From Eledone cirrhosa (Eukaryota): DNA of 64,000 nucleotides. The translations under genes and the position numbers were made by a program. Positions 39,345 through 52,120 of the stretch are shown piece after piece. How positions within the stretch are numbered: position 1 is the stretch's first letter; every line of letters starts with the position of its first letter. Location: assembly GCA_964016885.1 (NCBI GenBank), contig CAXHJY010000110.1, positions 634 to 64,633 on the forward strand, written 5' to 3'. A model generated the notes under the pieces. That model had not been told where the DNA came from. It searched no databases and worked only from the letters and a program-made list of their open reading frames with translations.

Positions 39345-39573
39345 GTTGGATAATTCAATGCAGCCAATCACCACTGAGGGTTGCATCCATCAGCAGCTTT
39401 CCAGTGTGATTCACCAGAACAGACAGCTCAATATATACTGAGTGAGTGCCCAAATCTCCAACCACCTATGGTTATGGACGTCACACACCCTAATCCCACT
39501 ACCATGAGCTGGTTCCAATGCCTGGGAGACATCACATAATTGCAGCTATCTTATATGCCAGAAGAAGAAAAGA
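39345..39573 (+). mobile_element. Possible decayed LINE 3' end with a C-terminal zinc-knuckle remnant and GAA tail
   Basis: CDSPEQTAQYILSECP resembles the C..QT..H...CP knuckle. The segment ends ..gccagaagaagaaaaga. Confidence 0.35.
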
Positions 39574-39868
39574 TTCTTTAGGTTCCACCAATATTCTTTT
39601 GAGCCATAGGTCTCAATATATTCATTGTTATTTATTATATCAATTTTTCTTTTTCACTCTATTCTAGATTGTTCTGACAACCAAATCAACTCATGTTAAG
39701 GCTGTATCATCATCACCATCATTATTTTACATCCATTCTTTCATGCTATATATATATAAGGAATACATTGCAGGTGAGGTGTCAAGCATTTCAGAAAATG
39801 AATTTTTGACAAGAGATGAAATAAATGTATAAATAAATAAATAAGTAACTTTAAAACAAACAAAAATA

Positions 39869-39909
<41 letters not shown>

Positions 39910-40804
39910 TAATAATGATAGAGTTTCTGCTTGGAAAGAAATATGGAAGGAAGGACAACAACACAAAAAAAATGAATAATGTTGACGTAAAAGTAATAGA
40001 AATGGATGCTGAAATAACTAGTGGAGACAGGAGTGAAGAATTTGGAAAATGGTATTGAAAGGAAGCTGCAATTCCTCTGCTGACATATATTCTCTGGAAT
40101 GAGAGACAAGAAACAACAATGGGACCTTAAAGAAAGGGGACAAAAAATATTTAGGGAACGGATGAGAAGCATTTTTTTTTAATTATTCAGAGAATTTGGA
40201 TGATTAACAGGAGGACCCTTCTGTGATCTCCCTCACCACATTACCCTTTCCTCCCACTGGTGGTAGTGTGTGGGGTGAAAGAGTGGATAGAGAAAGGAAG
40301 GGTAGAGATTCCTGTCTTGTTTGAAGTATATTAGTGGCAGTGTGTGGGAGATGGGCTGATTATAAACATGTGTATGGAAGTAAGGGGATGTGTGGCGATG
40401 ATGATGTGTGTGTGTGTGTGTGCACGCGCGCGCAAGAGTGTGACGAGTGCAGGGGTGGCGTGGGAGTTTATTTAATGGGTGATATATGTAATGTGTATGT
40501 GTGTAATGTGTGTGTGTGTGTAATGTGTATGTGAATGGAATCTAGAGCAGATGATGATGGGGGGGGGGGGGGGTAATTAATATTTATAAACAAAAAATTA
40601 AATAAATAAATAAAGCAATAGATAAATGTAGAGATGAAGAAGAAATTTAGGAATATGGAAGAAGTGAGAATGAGTGAAAAGGAGGAGATGACATTATCAA
40701 TATTATTGATAACATGGAAGGTAGTAAACAAGTCAGTAGAGCAACAAACCAAGAGGCACAGGTAAGGTTGTATGGTTATGAAGTTTGTTTCACAGCCATG
40801 TGAC

Positions 40805-40946
40805 TTTGGGATTACATTCTATTATATATATGTGTGGGTATGTGTGTATGTATATGTATGTATGTATATGTATGTATATGTGTATATGTATGTATGTATA
40901 TGTATGTATATGTATGTATATGTATGTATGTATATGTATGTATATG

Positions 40947-41000
<54 letters not shown>
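40805..41000. repeat. (TATG)n / (TA)n microsatellite
   Basis: Seen directly. Confidence 0.9.
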
Positions 41001-41004
<4 letters not shown>

Positions 41005-41071
41005 TATAGAAAAGCTTCTACGAGACTAGAACTGTTTCATTCGTGAGAAATCATCATTGAACCCGGAATAA

Positions 41072-41964
41072 CATCATCATCATCATCATCATCACCGTTT
41101 TACGTCCGTTCTTCCACGCTAGCATGGGTTAGACGGGTTGTCCTGTTGTGGGCAGTGTCTGGTCGGCTGACCATGCCTTGCTCATACAGGAACTGATCTG
41201 GCTTGATTTCTACAGCTGGATGCCCTTCCTAACACCAACCTCATTTACAGTGAGTGCTGGGTGCTTTTTCGTGGCGCCTACACGTCCACTTTACAGTGTG
41301 GGCTGGGTGCTTTTTTGCCGTGGCACCTCCACGACCACCTTGCGGTGGGGGGGGGGGGGGGGCATATTGTTTATATGCTTCAGCATGTACCCATGGGAGG
41401 TCGGGTACCCTGTATTACTGCGTGACGCCAGAAGTCACGGTCGTGTGTCATTGACTTTGAGAGGTGTAGTTGGGTAAGGTCGGCTTTTATCACCTCATCC
41501 CAAGTCATCTTGGGTCTCCCCACTCCGCGGTTTCCATCAACTTCTAGTGCTCTGCACCTTTTTATGCAGCTGTCATCCTTCATACGCATCACATGTCCAT
41601 ACCAGCGTAACCGCCTCTCCTGCACGCAGCATTTGATTCCTCTTATGCTCAGTCTCTCTCTCAATTCATTTATGCTTTGTCGTTCACGTATATTACTGTT
41701 ACACATCCATCGGAGCATGCAGGCTTCGTTTCTCTCTAATCTACGTAAGTCTTCCACCTTCAGCGCCCAGGTCTCACTACCATGCAACATCGCTGTTCGG
41801 ATACACGCATCATACAGTCTGCCTTTCATTCTGAGGGAGAAGCCTTTTGCAGCTAGCAGTGGTAGTAGTTCCCTAAACTTCTTCCATCCCGTTCTTACCC
41901 TAGTTATTGTACTTTCTGAGCACCCACCTCCGTTGCTAATTCGGTCACCTAGGTAGCAGAAGCT
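41072..41964 (-). mobile_element. 5'-truncated family A LINE (copy A2)
   Basis: ORF from SFCYLGD to GTRPPMGTC* matches A4. 3' UTR and (TGA)n tail present. Confidence 0.95.
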
Positions 41965-41976
41965 ATATATATATAT

Positions 41977-42363
41977 AGTTAAAAGAATAGAGGTGTAACA
42001 CACAAGTTATTATATATTGGTAAACGGAATAGAAAATGCTGACAAATTGTTCACAGTTGAAAAATGGTTTAATTAGGAATAAAAGAGGTTTTTAAGTTTT
42101 TACCGGTTGCGCATTTCTAAATGCTTTTCAAAAATAATTTTGAGATAGAGTGTCCGTGCTGTTTGCTCTGATCAGAGCAAACAGCACGGACACTCTATCT
42201 CAAAATTATTTTTAAAAAGCATTTAGAAATGCGCAACCGGTAAAAACTTAAAAACTTAAAACCACAACTGAATAATAACCCATACAATCACTAATACTCT
42301 TTTATTCCTAATTAAACCATTTTTCAACTGTGAACAATTTGTCAGCATTTTCTATTCCGTTTA

Positions 42364-42372
<9 letters not shown>
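41977..42372. mobile_element. Palindromic Penelope-terminus-like element (spacerless inverted repeat centred at 42171/42172)
   Basis: Arms ~42012-42171 and 42172-42372 are reverse complements apart from a ~45-bp indel. It contains GAAA-TGCGCA, as in the hammerhead at 3162-3230. Flanked by (TA)n. Confidence 0.65.
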
Positions 42373-42404
<32 letters not shown>

Positions 42405-42489
42405 AATATATATATATAAAATCTAAGTGTACAATTCAATCGAGGAGAGAGTAGAGATTAGTTTATGAGAACTATAAGCCAGTAGTGAA

Positions 42490-42806
42490 GGCATATAGCT
42501 TAGTGGTTAGAGCATTGGGCTTGCAATTGTGATGTGAGTTCGATTCTCATACAGGTTGTTGTGTTGTGTCCTTGAGCAGGACACTATTTTCATGTTATGA
42601 CAGTTTACTCGGCTGTATAAATGAGTTGAGACACCACTGGTGCCAAGATGTATGGACAACATCAGTGGTGGAGAGGAGAGACTGGTATTTATGGGCAACT
42701 GCTGGTTTTCTACAAACAACCTTGCCTGGACATGTGCCTCTGAGGAGAACTTTCTTGGTGCAAATCCCATGGTCATTTGTGACTGAATGGGGTCTTTACC
42801 CTTATC
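42490..42806 (+). mobile_element. tRNA-derived CORE-like SINE
   Basis: A box TAGCTTAGTGG, B box GAGTTCGATTCT and CORE-like tgtgtccttgagcaggacact. Confidence 0.72.
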
Positions 42807-42827
42807 CTATGTGTGTGTATCAGAGTA

Positions 42828-42985
42828 TCATTCATTTTACGTCTGCTTTTCCCTGCTTGCAAGGGTGGGACGGGAACCGATTCTGGCTTGATTTCTACAA
42901 CTGAATGCCCTTCCTAACACCAACCTCATTTACAGTGAGTGCTGGGTGCTTTTTTGCCGTGGCACCTCCACAACCACTTTGCAGT
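42828..42985 (-). mobile_element. Short bipartite RTE-derived element: module joined to the family C 3' end
   Basis: Minus strand has an A-like module (gcacccagcactcactgtaaatgaggttggtgttaggaagggcat) about 30 bp from the C-type terminus cccacccttgcaagcagggaaaagcagacgtaaaatga. Confidence 0.8.
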
Positions 42986-43788
42986 GGAATGATATGGACC
43001 CCAGTCCCTATCATCTCATTTCTACAGCTGAGTAAACTGGAGCAATGTGAAATAAAGTGTCTTGCTCAAGGAAGTGTGTTAGAAATTTGTATTAAATAAA
43101 CACAGTATATTAATAAATATACAATACGTACATTCACACACACATAGATACATACACATACATTTTATATAAACATGAAAAAAGTTTTAAATCCCACAGT
43201 GCTTCAAACAAGCTATGACACGTGTGTGAGTCTTCACTTTGCATGCATACCAGTTGAGCATCCTATGGTATTTGTCAATGTCCAGCATAACCAGTATGTC
43301 TCACAGCTCAAGAATTCAGCAGTAAATGTGTAAATAAATATAAAAGTTGGCATCAGGAAAGGCATACAGCCAGAAAACACTGCCTCAAAAATGTTCATTC
43401 AAACCATGCAGGCATGGAAAAGCACACAAGACAATTATAATGAAGACTCTGTTAAAGAAGTGAGGAGAGTTTGATGAGGGAAGGGATGTTATCATTACTA
43501 TAGATTGGAAATCAATAGACTGAGAAAGGCAGTGGAGCATCAGACTAAGGAGAAATATAGAAATAAGACCATTATGCAGTGAGGAAGGTTTAATAACAGA
43601 AGGAATATAGTTAAAGTTAGCAATATTATCATACATTGTATATGGCATCTTTTTCTTTTTGTCATCTCTATTATAGCCTGTTTTAGGGAGAGATTCTCTC
43701 TATCTCTCTCTGTGTTTGTGTTTGTGTGTGCATGTGCGTAGTAATAAAGGATGTTAAAAGTATATATCATTATCCTCAATATTGTATA

Positions 43789-43968
43789 GGTGCTGGCATG
43801 GCTATGTGGTTAAACAGTTTTCTTAGAAACCATTTGATTTGGGGTTCAACCCCACAGGGTGACACCTTGGACAAGTGTCCTCTACTCTAGCCTAATGCAA
43901 ACCAATGCCATGTGAATGAATTTGGTAGATGGAATCTGTGCAGAAGCCTACTGCATGTGTGTGTGTGT
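43789..43968 (+). mobile_element. tRNA-derived CORE-type SINE, octopus OR1-like
   Basis: A box TGGCTATGTGG, B box GGTTCAACCCC, then gacaccttggacaagtgtcctctactctagcct..atttggtagatggaa..agaagcc followed by (TG)n. Confidence 0.72.
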
Positions 43969-45349
43969 ATCTTTACATTGATACCACTTGGGCAGCTGAT
44001 ATTTGTTTCAGGTATAAATAATATATCCCAGAGTAATGAACTCAAATATTGGATATGAACTGGTGCTTTCAATCATGTGTGACAATTTGAAAACAGCAAC
44101 ACCATGGACTGTGTGAGTATACGAGATACTTATTTTAATGTATATGTTACCTTGTCAATGTCTTTGCTTGTAAACCTCAGATTCTGAAGGTAACTAACTA
44201 CTTAGACCTTTAATAACGTAACCAATTAGTATTATCCTCATCATAATTTTTTTTTACATCTGCTTTTCCATGCTTGCATCTGTTTGATGAGTCTTCTTCA
44301 CTGGTTTCATTCCTTCATCTCCTTTGTGAATAAGTTTCTTGAGATCAGCGTTCACATCTTCCCACATCTTCTGATATCTATTTCCTGCATAAACAATATG
44401 TACCACAGCTCAGCAGTTTAACAAGTGAACATCAGTACCTTTTTTTGTTTTCAAGTGTCATACTTGTAAACAATGGTTGCACATCTGACCTTAAAAAATG
44501 TTAAATTCATGCTAATGTGGAGCCGAGGATCAGTAGGACTGTGTTATGCAGTAGAGTGAGCTCCTAGAGCTCATACTTGTCTACAAAATGGCTCAAATAA
44601 ATTGCCAGCCAAACTCTCCATGTGTCCCCATCATGGCACTAGCTCCACCAAATTGGCTTGGGTGTGAAAGCAAGAGCTTGGCGTTGTAACGGATGCAATC
44701 CTTGGATTGCACTATCCTAAAATGCATTTACTTGCAGCTGGGCACTGCTTGCAAAACCAATAGCCCAAAGTAACTCCATTGAAATGAACTTACACAGTGA
44801 ATTCCTTTGATGGAGCTGGTTCAACCCATCCCAGGTAAACACCACCATAAGTAAGTATGGAAAAGCAGATTTAAAAACGATGATGACTACTCCAGTTGGT
44901 GTATCAATTTAACTGTCACAAGAGCCCCATGGTTAAATACTCTGTGTTCTTGTTTTATTAATGTCAAGCAAATATAGATATTGTCAAGCAAATATAGATA
45001 TTGTATGAATAGAAGCATACACACACATGTACACCAGGTCTGAACACAGAGGAGCTGAACTCCCACTGTCATTGCCTCCATATCTCTTGCCCTCCCCATC
45101 TCACACTATTATGAGCAAATGGGTCCCATGCGCTGGTCGCCCCAAGGCCCCAGCGGACAGAATAGAGAAGGCATTTCGTCAGAGGATAGTGAGGGTGATG
45201 TGCTGGAAGAGCCATACTATCTCACTAAGCCCACATCTACAGCTAGCCAGCTTAGCGCTTATGGTGGTGAGATGGTTAGGAAGGGATTTGGGCTCTACTC
45301 TACAATTGTATGTTGACATGCAATGGGCTAGCAAGGTATCTGAGAATCA

Positions 45350-45490
45350 GTTTCTTAAGATCAGCTTCACCACTATAACCTACATCTTTCTTGGTCTTCT
45401 TTTTCCTTAGTTTCCTTCCACAGGAAATTCTTGACAATTCTTCACCCAACGATCATCATCCATACACATTACATGTCCTTATCAATATAA
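45350..45490 (-). mobile_element. Decayed family C-like RT C-terminal fragment
   Basis: Minus strand reads GHVMCMDDDRWVKNCQEFPVEG..RRPRK, matching 29960-30065. Confidence 0.65.
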
Positions 45491-45614
45491 AACCAAGTGT
45501 ATCAGTAATTACAGGTACAAATGTAAATTTATTATCTGGGTAAAGAACTTACAGCTTTCCAAATGTACATAGGCTTTATGTGAAAGAAAACAAAAAAAAT
45601 TGTGATTGTATTTA

Positions 45615-45855
45615 CACACACACATACACTCACACACACAAGTGTGTGTGTGTGAGTGTGTGTGTTTGAGTGTGTGTGTGTTTGAGTGTGTGTGTGTTTG
45701 AGTGTGTGTTTCAGTGTGTGTGTGTCTGAATGTTTGTGTCAGTGTGTTAGTGAGTGTTTCAGTGTGTGTGTGTCAGTGTGTTTGTGAGTGTTTCAGTGTG
45801 GTGTGTGTGTGTGTGGTTTGTCTGAATGTTTGTGTCAGTGTGTTAGTGAGTGTCT
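45615..45855. repeat. Degenerate (CA)n/(TG)n microsatellite
   Basis: Seen directly. Confidence 0.85.
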
Positions 45856-46349
45856 GTTGCTGAAAGATTACTTGCTATGAAAGTATGTTTCAAAAGCTAC
45901 AGATTGTTTATATATCAAGTTGAATTGATCCAATCAAAATAAGATAATTAAGGAGTCAATTAACATATGTTATTAGATAGATTAGAAAAAATTGAGTTTA
46001 AATTTGCAGCTAATGATTTTATTAGAAAAAAACTAATGCAAGGAATAAACTGAAGTATATAACATAATGAAATATTTCAATGTGCACATCTGTCTGCATG
46101 CGTCTGTTTGCACAAGTATATGCATGTGCGTGCATGCATGCATGTGTGTTGGTAAAGACAAAATGAATATAGCAAATAAGGGAGTAAAAAAATCTCCATC
46201 AAATAAGACAATCCTCACAATTTCACAACCAAAGCTCCCTTCAAAATTAGTCCAAAAAACTTGTATCAGCTCAAGCTATAGAAGTTTTCTCCCTTATTTA
46301 TTTCTCATCACATGAACCCCCTCACTGGATCATATATTTTTTATCAGCT

Positions 46350-46530
46350 AGTTGTTGCTGTTGTTTAGTGCCAAGTCAGCCATGATTTTGTCAACCTATG
46401 ACCAAAAGCTATGACAATCCCAGTATAAGTGCAGGGAATTCAGAACAACATTCTTTATTACAACAGTAGGCAATGATTTGATGGAGGTTTGGATGCAATT
46501 TCTAGCAGGTTGAGTGACCATGAATATGCT
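46350..46530 (-). repeat. Old dispersed repeat with further copies on + at ~48320-48510 and ~48550-48690
   Basis: Shared degenerate motif ctcaacctgctagaaa..cagccaaa..ctcaaatca and an (AAC)n-like end. Confidence 0.45.
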
Positions 46531-47185
46531 CCCTAATAGATTCACTGTGTCAATTACTAATTCTTGGTTCAGATTAATAGCCCTATTTCAAGGAAATTCA
46601 GCTCTAAAATAGTCTCAAAAAGGATTACCTGATGAGTATGAAGTCTGCCAGAGTGCCTACAAAGTTAACCCTGCTATGACAAGAGGCAATGGCCATGAAA
46701 TGCTTTTTACCTTGTATTTATTTTCTATTTTAGCTTCTAAAGTTACACTCACACAGATGTGCATTCATGTGTATCAAGTAATTGTATTTTTTCTTGTTAT
46801 TTTTGTCATTCTTTCAAAGAGTGTGTCATGTTCTCCATTGTCTATTAATATTGCTTTGACTTCAAAAGATAAAATATCACAATATATTCATTTATTGCTG
46901 AATTTTTTATATTCCATTTTCAGTATTCCAGTTTGTTTTTGTTGTTGTAATTGTTATGTCACCCCCCCCCCCCTCTCTCTCTCAAAGTGAAACAAACATC
47001 TAATAGCATTCTAGATAAAGATGACCTGAGTACTTGACTACCTGGTTTTTACTACATTTTTTTTAGTCTTTCAATACCTTCCAAAATTCCTCTTTGAAAG
47101 TTAACAAAGGATGTTTACATGATATTTGCATTGTTTAGTAAGCAGCAGTAGTAGCATGATATTAGGTTACATTCACCGATTCTTA

Positions 47186-47297
<112 letters not shown>

Positions 47298-47479
47298 AAA
47301 ACAGTGAGGGAGAGGGGGCAAGAGAGGAAAAGAGGCTGGGTTATACAAATTGGAGAAATAAAACATTATATGAGCAGAATGATATATACTTTATTACAGC
47401 TGTAAAGCTACATCAGTGATTCAACGTCATGGATTTTAGACTTAAGGACACAACATTTGATTGATTGGAAAGTGATCTT

Positions 47480-47716
47480 GTAGGTGTCACCACAAAAAAC
47501 ACCCAGCCCACACTGTAAAGTGATTGTGGAGGAGGCATGTCAAAAAGCCCCCAGCACACACTGTAAATGTGGTTGGCGTTAGGAAGGGCATCCAGCTGTA
47601 GAAATCTGGCCAGAAACAGTTGAGCAAGACATGGTCACCTAACCCAACTTGTCTCAAATGGGACAACCCATCTAACCAATGCTAGCGTGGAAAGTGGACA
47701 CTAAGCGATGATGATG

Positions 47717-47718
<2 letters not shown>
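47480..47718 (+). mobile_element. RTE 3'-module element related to the A/B 3' UTRs
   Basis: cacccagcccacactgtaaa twice, gttaggaagggcatccagctgtagaaa, the terminal stem aacccatctaaccaatgctagcgtggaa and a (TGA)n tail running into (TA)n. Confidence 0.8.
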
Positions 47719-47764
<46 letters not shown>

Positions 47765-47767
<3 letters not shown>

Positions 47768-47813
47768 TCCCATCCTTGCAAGCAGGGAAAAGCGGATGTA
47801 AAATGATGATGAT
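47765..47813 (+). mobile_element. ~50-bp extreme 3' fragment of a family C-type LINE inside (TA)n
   Basis: cccatccttgcaagcagggaaaagcggatgtaaaatgatgatgat, with TA repeats on both sides. Confidence 0.8.
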
Positions 47814-49279
47814 ATATATATATATAATAGGGTTGCATATGAAAGTTTGTGCCATATGTTTAAATGCAACAAATATATGGGAGCCATGCTATAAAAAAAT
47901 TTTTTTTCTTTTGCTCTGTGAACAGAAGTCACATATCGGTAACAATCGAGAATAACAGACAGTGTTGTTTCAAGATTCATTAATCTTTCATATGTGACAT
48001 TCACTCAACTGGTACTAACATGGAAATGGACTAGTATCTATATAGATTTTGCATGATGCACATTTGAATAACAAATAGACAACATTGGCTGGAAATGCTC
48101 ATCTGCATATAGTGTGAACTTGGCTGGTTATATTTACTTGGCAGATGCACTAAGGCAGCGGTGTATATGCTTTCATGCTTAACAGTGTCTTTATGCTATT
48201 GCCAATATATATATATATATATAGGGGTGGGGGGGATATATGACCTTAGTAGCCACAGCAATCTAAACTACCATAGCAAATATATGATCAGAGAAGTGAA
48301 ACAACTACACAAGAACTCTAGTTGCACAAGTCTGGTAGATATAACAGCCAAAATCCCTCAAATCATGCACTATTGGTGTTACAAAAAGATGGATAATGTT
48401 TTATATTACATTTGCAAAATCTAAAAAACAAACAAAATAAATTGGGTGGTCACTACTGGAATGCCTTTAATCACACATCTGCCCAATCAGGGCAGAATAT
48501 TAACAACAGAGGAATATGTGATCAGCAATGCAAGCAAACAATGGTGCCTCAATGATTGCTCAACCTTCTAGAAACAGCAAACAAATCTCCTAAGATCACA
48601 TCCTACTTCTCTTTAAAATGAAGAACCTATTGGATAATGTAGCCCTAGATATACAAAAATACAGGATTCCTTCATGCTAGAGTTCCATGGGGTAAACTTA
48701 GTATGAAAGTAGGGACCTCAAGACACTTTACACTTAGAAAAAAAACATACATGACAAAAACGTACATTACTACAAATCCCATAAGTTATAAAATAAATAG
48801 GTTGGGTGTCTCAATATGTAAACTAACCGACAAATACTGGTTTTAAAAAAAAAAATCAATGAAGACAACCTAGAAATATGACTGATCCCCCCCCCCCACC
48901 ACCACCAACTTATTCCACCCACACCACCTATCATTTGGGACGCCAAAGAGTACCAGCCAGTGTATCACAGTGATAGGAAAAGATAACATGAGGTCTCTAC
49001 TACCAAGCATTATAAATGGATTTTGTTTGTTTTGTGGGTTGAGTTAGTCAGATGAAGTTACAACCTTGACCTTCACAGGCACTTCAAAACAGGTGAGATT
49101 GATTCAGTTGATATACACAGTTTGATCATCTGTAAAATGATGAATGCAGGAAAAATGTGGGTAAGGAAGTAATTCCATAGTGCTGACATTCTAGGGGAGG
49201 GGGGGGGGGACTGATGAAAATCTGTTAATGTGGAGGTTGGATAGAAAGACAATATAGTGACATGGTGAAAGAGAGAGAA

Positions 49280-49291
49280 GAAAGAGGTGTG

Positions 49292-49327
<36 letters not shown>

Positions 49328-50467
49328 TGCAAGAGAGAGAGAGAGAGAGATGGAGTGCAAGAGAGAGAGAGAGATGGAGTGCAAGAGAGAGAGAGAGATG
49401 GAGTGCAAGAGAATGAGAGAGAGATGGAGTGCAAGAGAGAGAGAAAGAGATGGAGTGCAAGAGAGAGAGAGAGGATGGGGTGCAAGAGAGAGCGAGAGAG
49501 AGAGAGATGGAGTGCAAGAGAGAGAGAGAGAGATGGTGTGCAAGAGAGAGAGAGAGAGATGGGGTGCAAGAGAGTGAGAGAGAGAGAGATGGGGCGCAAG
49601 AGAGAGAGAGATGGGGCGCAAGAGAGAGAGATGGAGTGCAAAAGAGAGAGAGAGAGAGAGAGATGTGGTGCAAGAGAGAGAGATGGAGTGCAAGAGAGAG
49701 AGATGGGATGCAAGAGAGAGAGAGAGATGGGGTGCAAGAGAGGGAGAGATGGAGTGCAAGAGAGAGAGAGATGGAGTGCAAGAGAGAGAGAGATGGAGTG
49801 CAAGAGAGAGAGAGATGGAGTGCAAGAGAGAGAGAGAGATGGAGTGCGAGAGAGTGAGAGAGAGAGATGGGGTGCTAGAGAGAGAGAGAGAGAGATGGGG
49901 TGCAAGAGAGAGAGAGAGATGGGATGCAAGAGAGAGAGAGATGGGGTGCAAGAGAGAGAGAGAGATGGAGTGCATGAGAGAGAGAGAGAGAGATGGGGTG
50001 CAAGAGAGAGAGAGAGATGGGGTGCAAGAGAGAGAGAGAGATGGGGTGCAAGAGAGAGAGAGATGGAGTGCAAGAGAGAGAGAGATGGAGTGCAAGAGAG
50101 AGAGAGAGAGAAATGGAGTGCAAGAGAGAGAGAGATGGAGTGCTAGAGAGAGAGAGAGAGTTGGGTGCAAGAGAGAGAGAGAGATGGGATGCAAGAGAGA
50201 GAGAGATGGGATGCAAGAGAGAGAGAGATGGGGTGCAAGAGAGAGATGGAGTGCATGAGAGAGAGAGAGATGGGATGCAAGAGAGAGAGAGAGATGGGAT
50301 GCAAGAGAGAGAGATGGGGTGCAAGAGAGAGAGAGAGAGATGGAGTGCAAGAGAGAGAGAGAGATGGAGTGCAAGAGAGTGAGAGAGAGATGGAGTGCAA
50401 GAGAGAGAGAGATGGAGTGCAAGAGAGTGAGAGATGGAGTGCAAGAGAGAGAGAAAGAGATGGAGTG

Positions 50468-50536
<69 letters not shown>

Positions 50537-51350
50537 TGTAGTGCGAGAGAGAGAGATGGAGTGCAAGAGAGAGAGAGAGATGGAGTGCAAGAGAGAGAGA
50601 GAGATGGTGTGCAAGAGAGAGAGAGAGAGAGAGATGGGGTGCAAGAGAGTGAGAGAGAGAGATGGGGCGCAAGAGAGTGAGAGAGAGAGATGGGGCGCAA
50701 GAGAGAGAGAGAGAGATGGGGCACAAGAGAGAGAGAGAGAGATGGAGTGCAAGAGAGAGAGAGAGAGATGGTGTGCAAGAGAGAGAGAGAGATGGGGTGC
50801 AAGAGAGTGAGAGAGAGAGATGGGGCGCAAGAGAGAGAGAGATGGGGCGCAAGAGAGAGAGAGATGGGGTGCAAGAGAGAGAGAGATGGAGTGCAAAAGA
50901 GAGAGAGAGAGAGAGAGAGAGAGATGTGGTGCAAGAGAGAGAGATGGGGTGCAAGAGAGAGAGAGATGGAGTGCAAGAGAGAGAGATGGGGTGCAAGAGA
51001 GAGAGAGATGGGGTGCAAGAGAGAGAGAGAGAGAACATGTGGTGCAAGAGAGAGAGAGAGAGAACATGTGGTGCAAGAGAGAGAGAGAGAGATGGGGTGC
51101 AAGAGAGTGAGAGAGAGATGGGGTGCAAGAGAGTGAGAGAGAGAATGTGGTGCAAGAGAGAGAGAGAGAGATGGGGTGCAAGAGAGAGAGAGAGAGATGT
51201 GGTGCAAGAGAGAGAGAGAGATGGGGTGAAAGAGAGTGAGAGAGAAAATGGGGTGCAAGAGAGAGAGAGAGAGAGAGAGTGCAAGAGAGAGAGAGTGCAA
51301 GAGAGAGAGAGAAAGAGAGAGAGAGTGCAAGAGAGAGAGAGATGGGGTGA
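49280..51350. repeat. Composite satellite: [(GA)n TGGRGTGCAA] units of ~20-40 bp
   Basis: Dozens of units with variable GA length. Source of the S/L-rich and R/E-rich artefact ORFs. Confidence 0.95.
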
Positions 51351-51638
51351 AAATAGAAAGAGAGAGCAGGCGAAAAAAGAGAGATTGAGGGGATGAAAAG
51401 GAGAAGAATGACTTGTGTCAGGTGGTCCTGAATAGAAGTCGTGTGTAACCAACTGGTGTGTAACTAAGTGGTATGCAGCAACCCCAACGATTGAAATTTT
51501 AGAGTTCTCTCCCTTGTCTTCAAAAAATTCCCTAAATGTTAATGACATTTTTTTCTCATTATAGGTAAAATTTCAAATGCTTAAATATTATTTTTGACAT
51601 TCCATTAAGTATGATAGCCTACAATTAACTAACATAGG

Positions 51639-51671
<33 letters not shown>

Positions 51672-51692
51672 TATATATATATATGTATGTGT

Positions 51693-51879
51693 GTCTAATA
51701 CACGTGGACATGCCTACAAAATCAGAAAACAACACAACTCCCATGACTTTCGGAAACATTTTTTCACGCTTAGAGTTGCTGCAGCATGGAACAAACAGCC
51801 TGTGTCAGTTGTTAGCTGCCGAGACACTGCATTCTTTAAAACCCTCATGCTGCGCGAAATTCGCCAAAATTACACCTGA
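51693..51879 (+). mobile_element. CR1-type LINE 3' fragment
   Basis: [40 protein letters not shown] matches the CR1 ORF2 C-terminal signature. The stop codon runs straight into (TA)n. Confidence 0.8.
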
Positions 51880-52120
51880 TATATACATATATATACATAC
51901 ATATACATATATATATACATATACATATATATATACATATACATATATATATACATATACATATATATATACATATACATATATATATACATATACATAT
52001 ATATATACATATACATATATATACATATACATATATATATATATACATATACATATATATATATATACATATACATATATATACATATATATATATATAC
52101 ATATATATACATATACATAT

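Noticed and set aside
41020-41070. Hammerhead-like remnant on the minus strand (atgatga..gaaacagttcta)
   Set aside because: The core C is missing and stems I and III do not pair. At most a decayed relic.
42490-42555. tRNA genes at the SINE heads (also 35061 and 43789)
   Set aside because: A and B boxes are present but there is no complete cloverleaf, and each continues into a SINE body.
46628-46650. Isolated CTGATGA motifs here and at 49211
   Set aside because: No stem II-GAAA-stem III arrangement follows either one.
49073-51548. S/L-rich and R/E-rich ORFs up to 702 aa, and a CRISPR-like regular repeat
   Set aside because: These come from the GA satellite. The spacers are just (GA)n, there are no cas genes and the context is eukaryotic.
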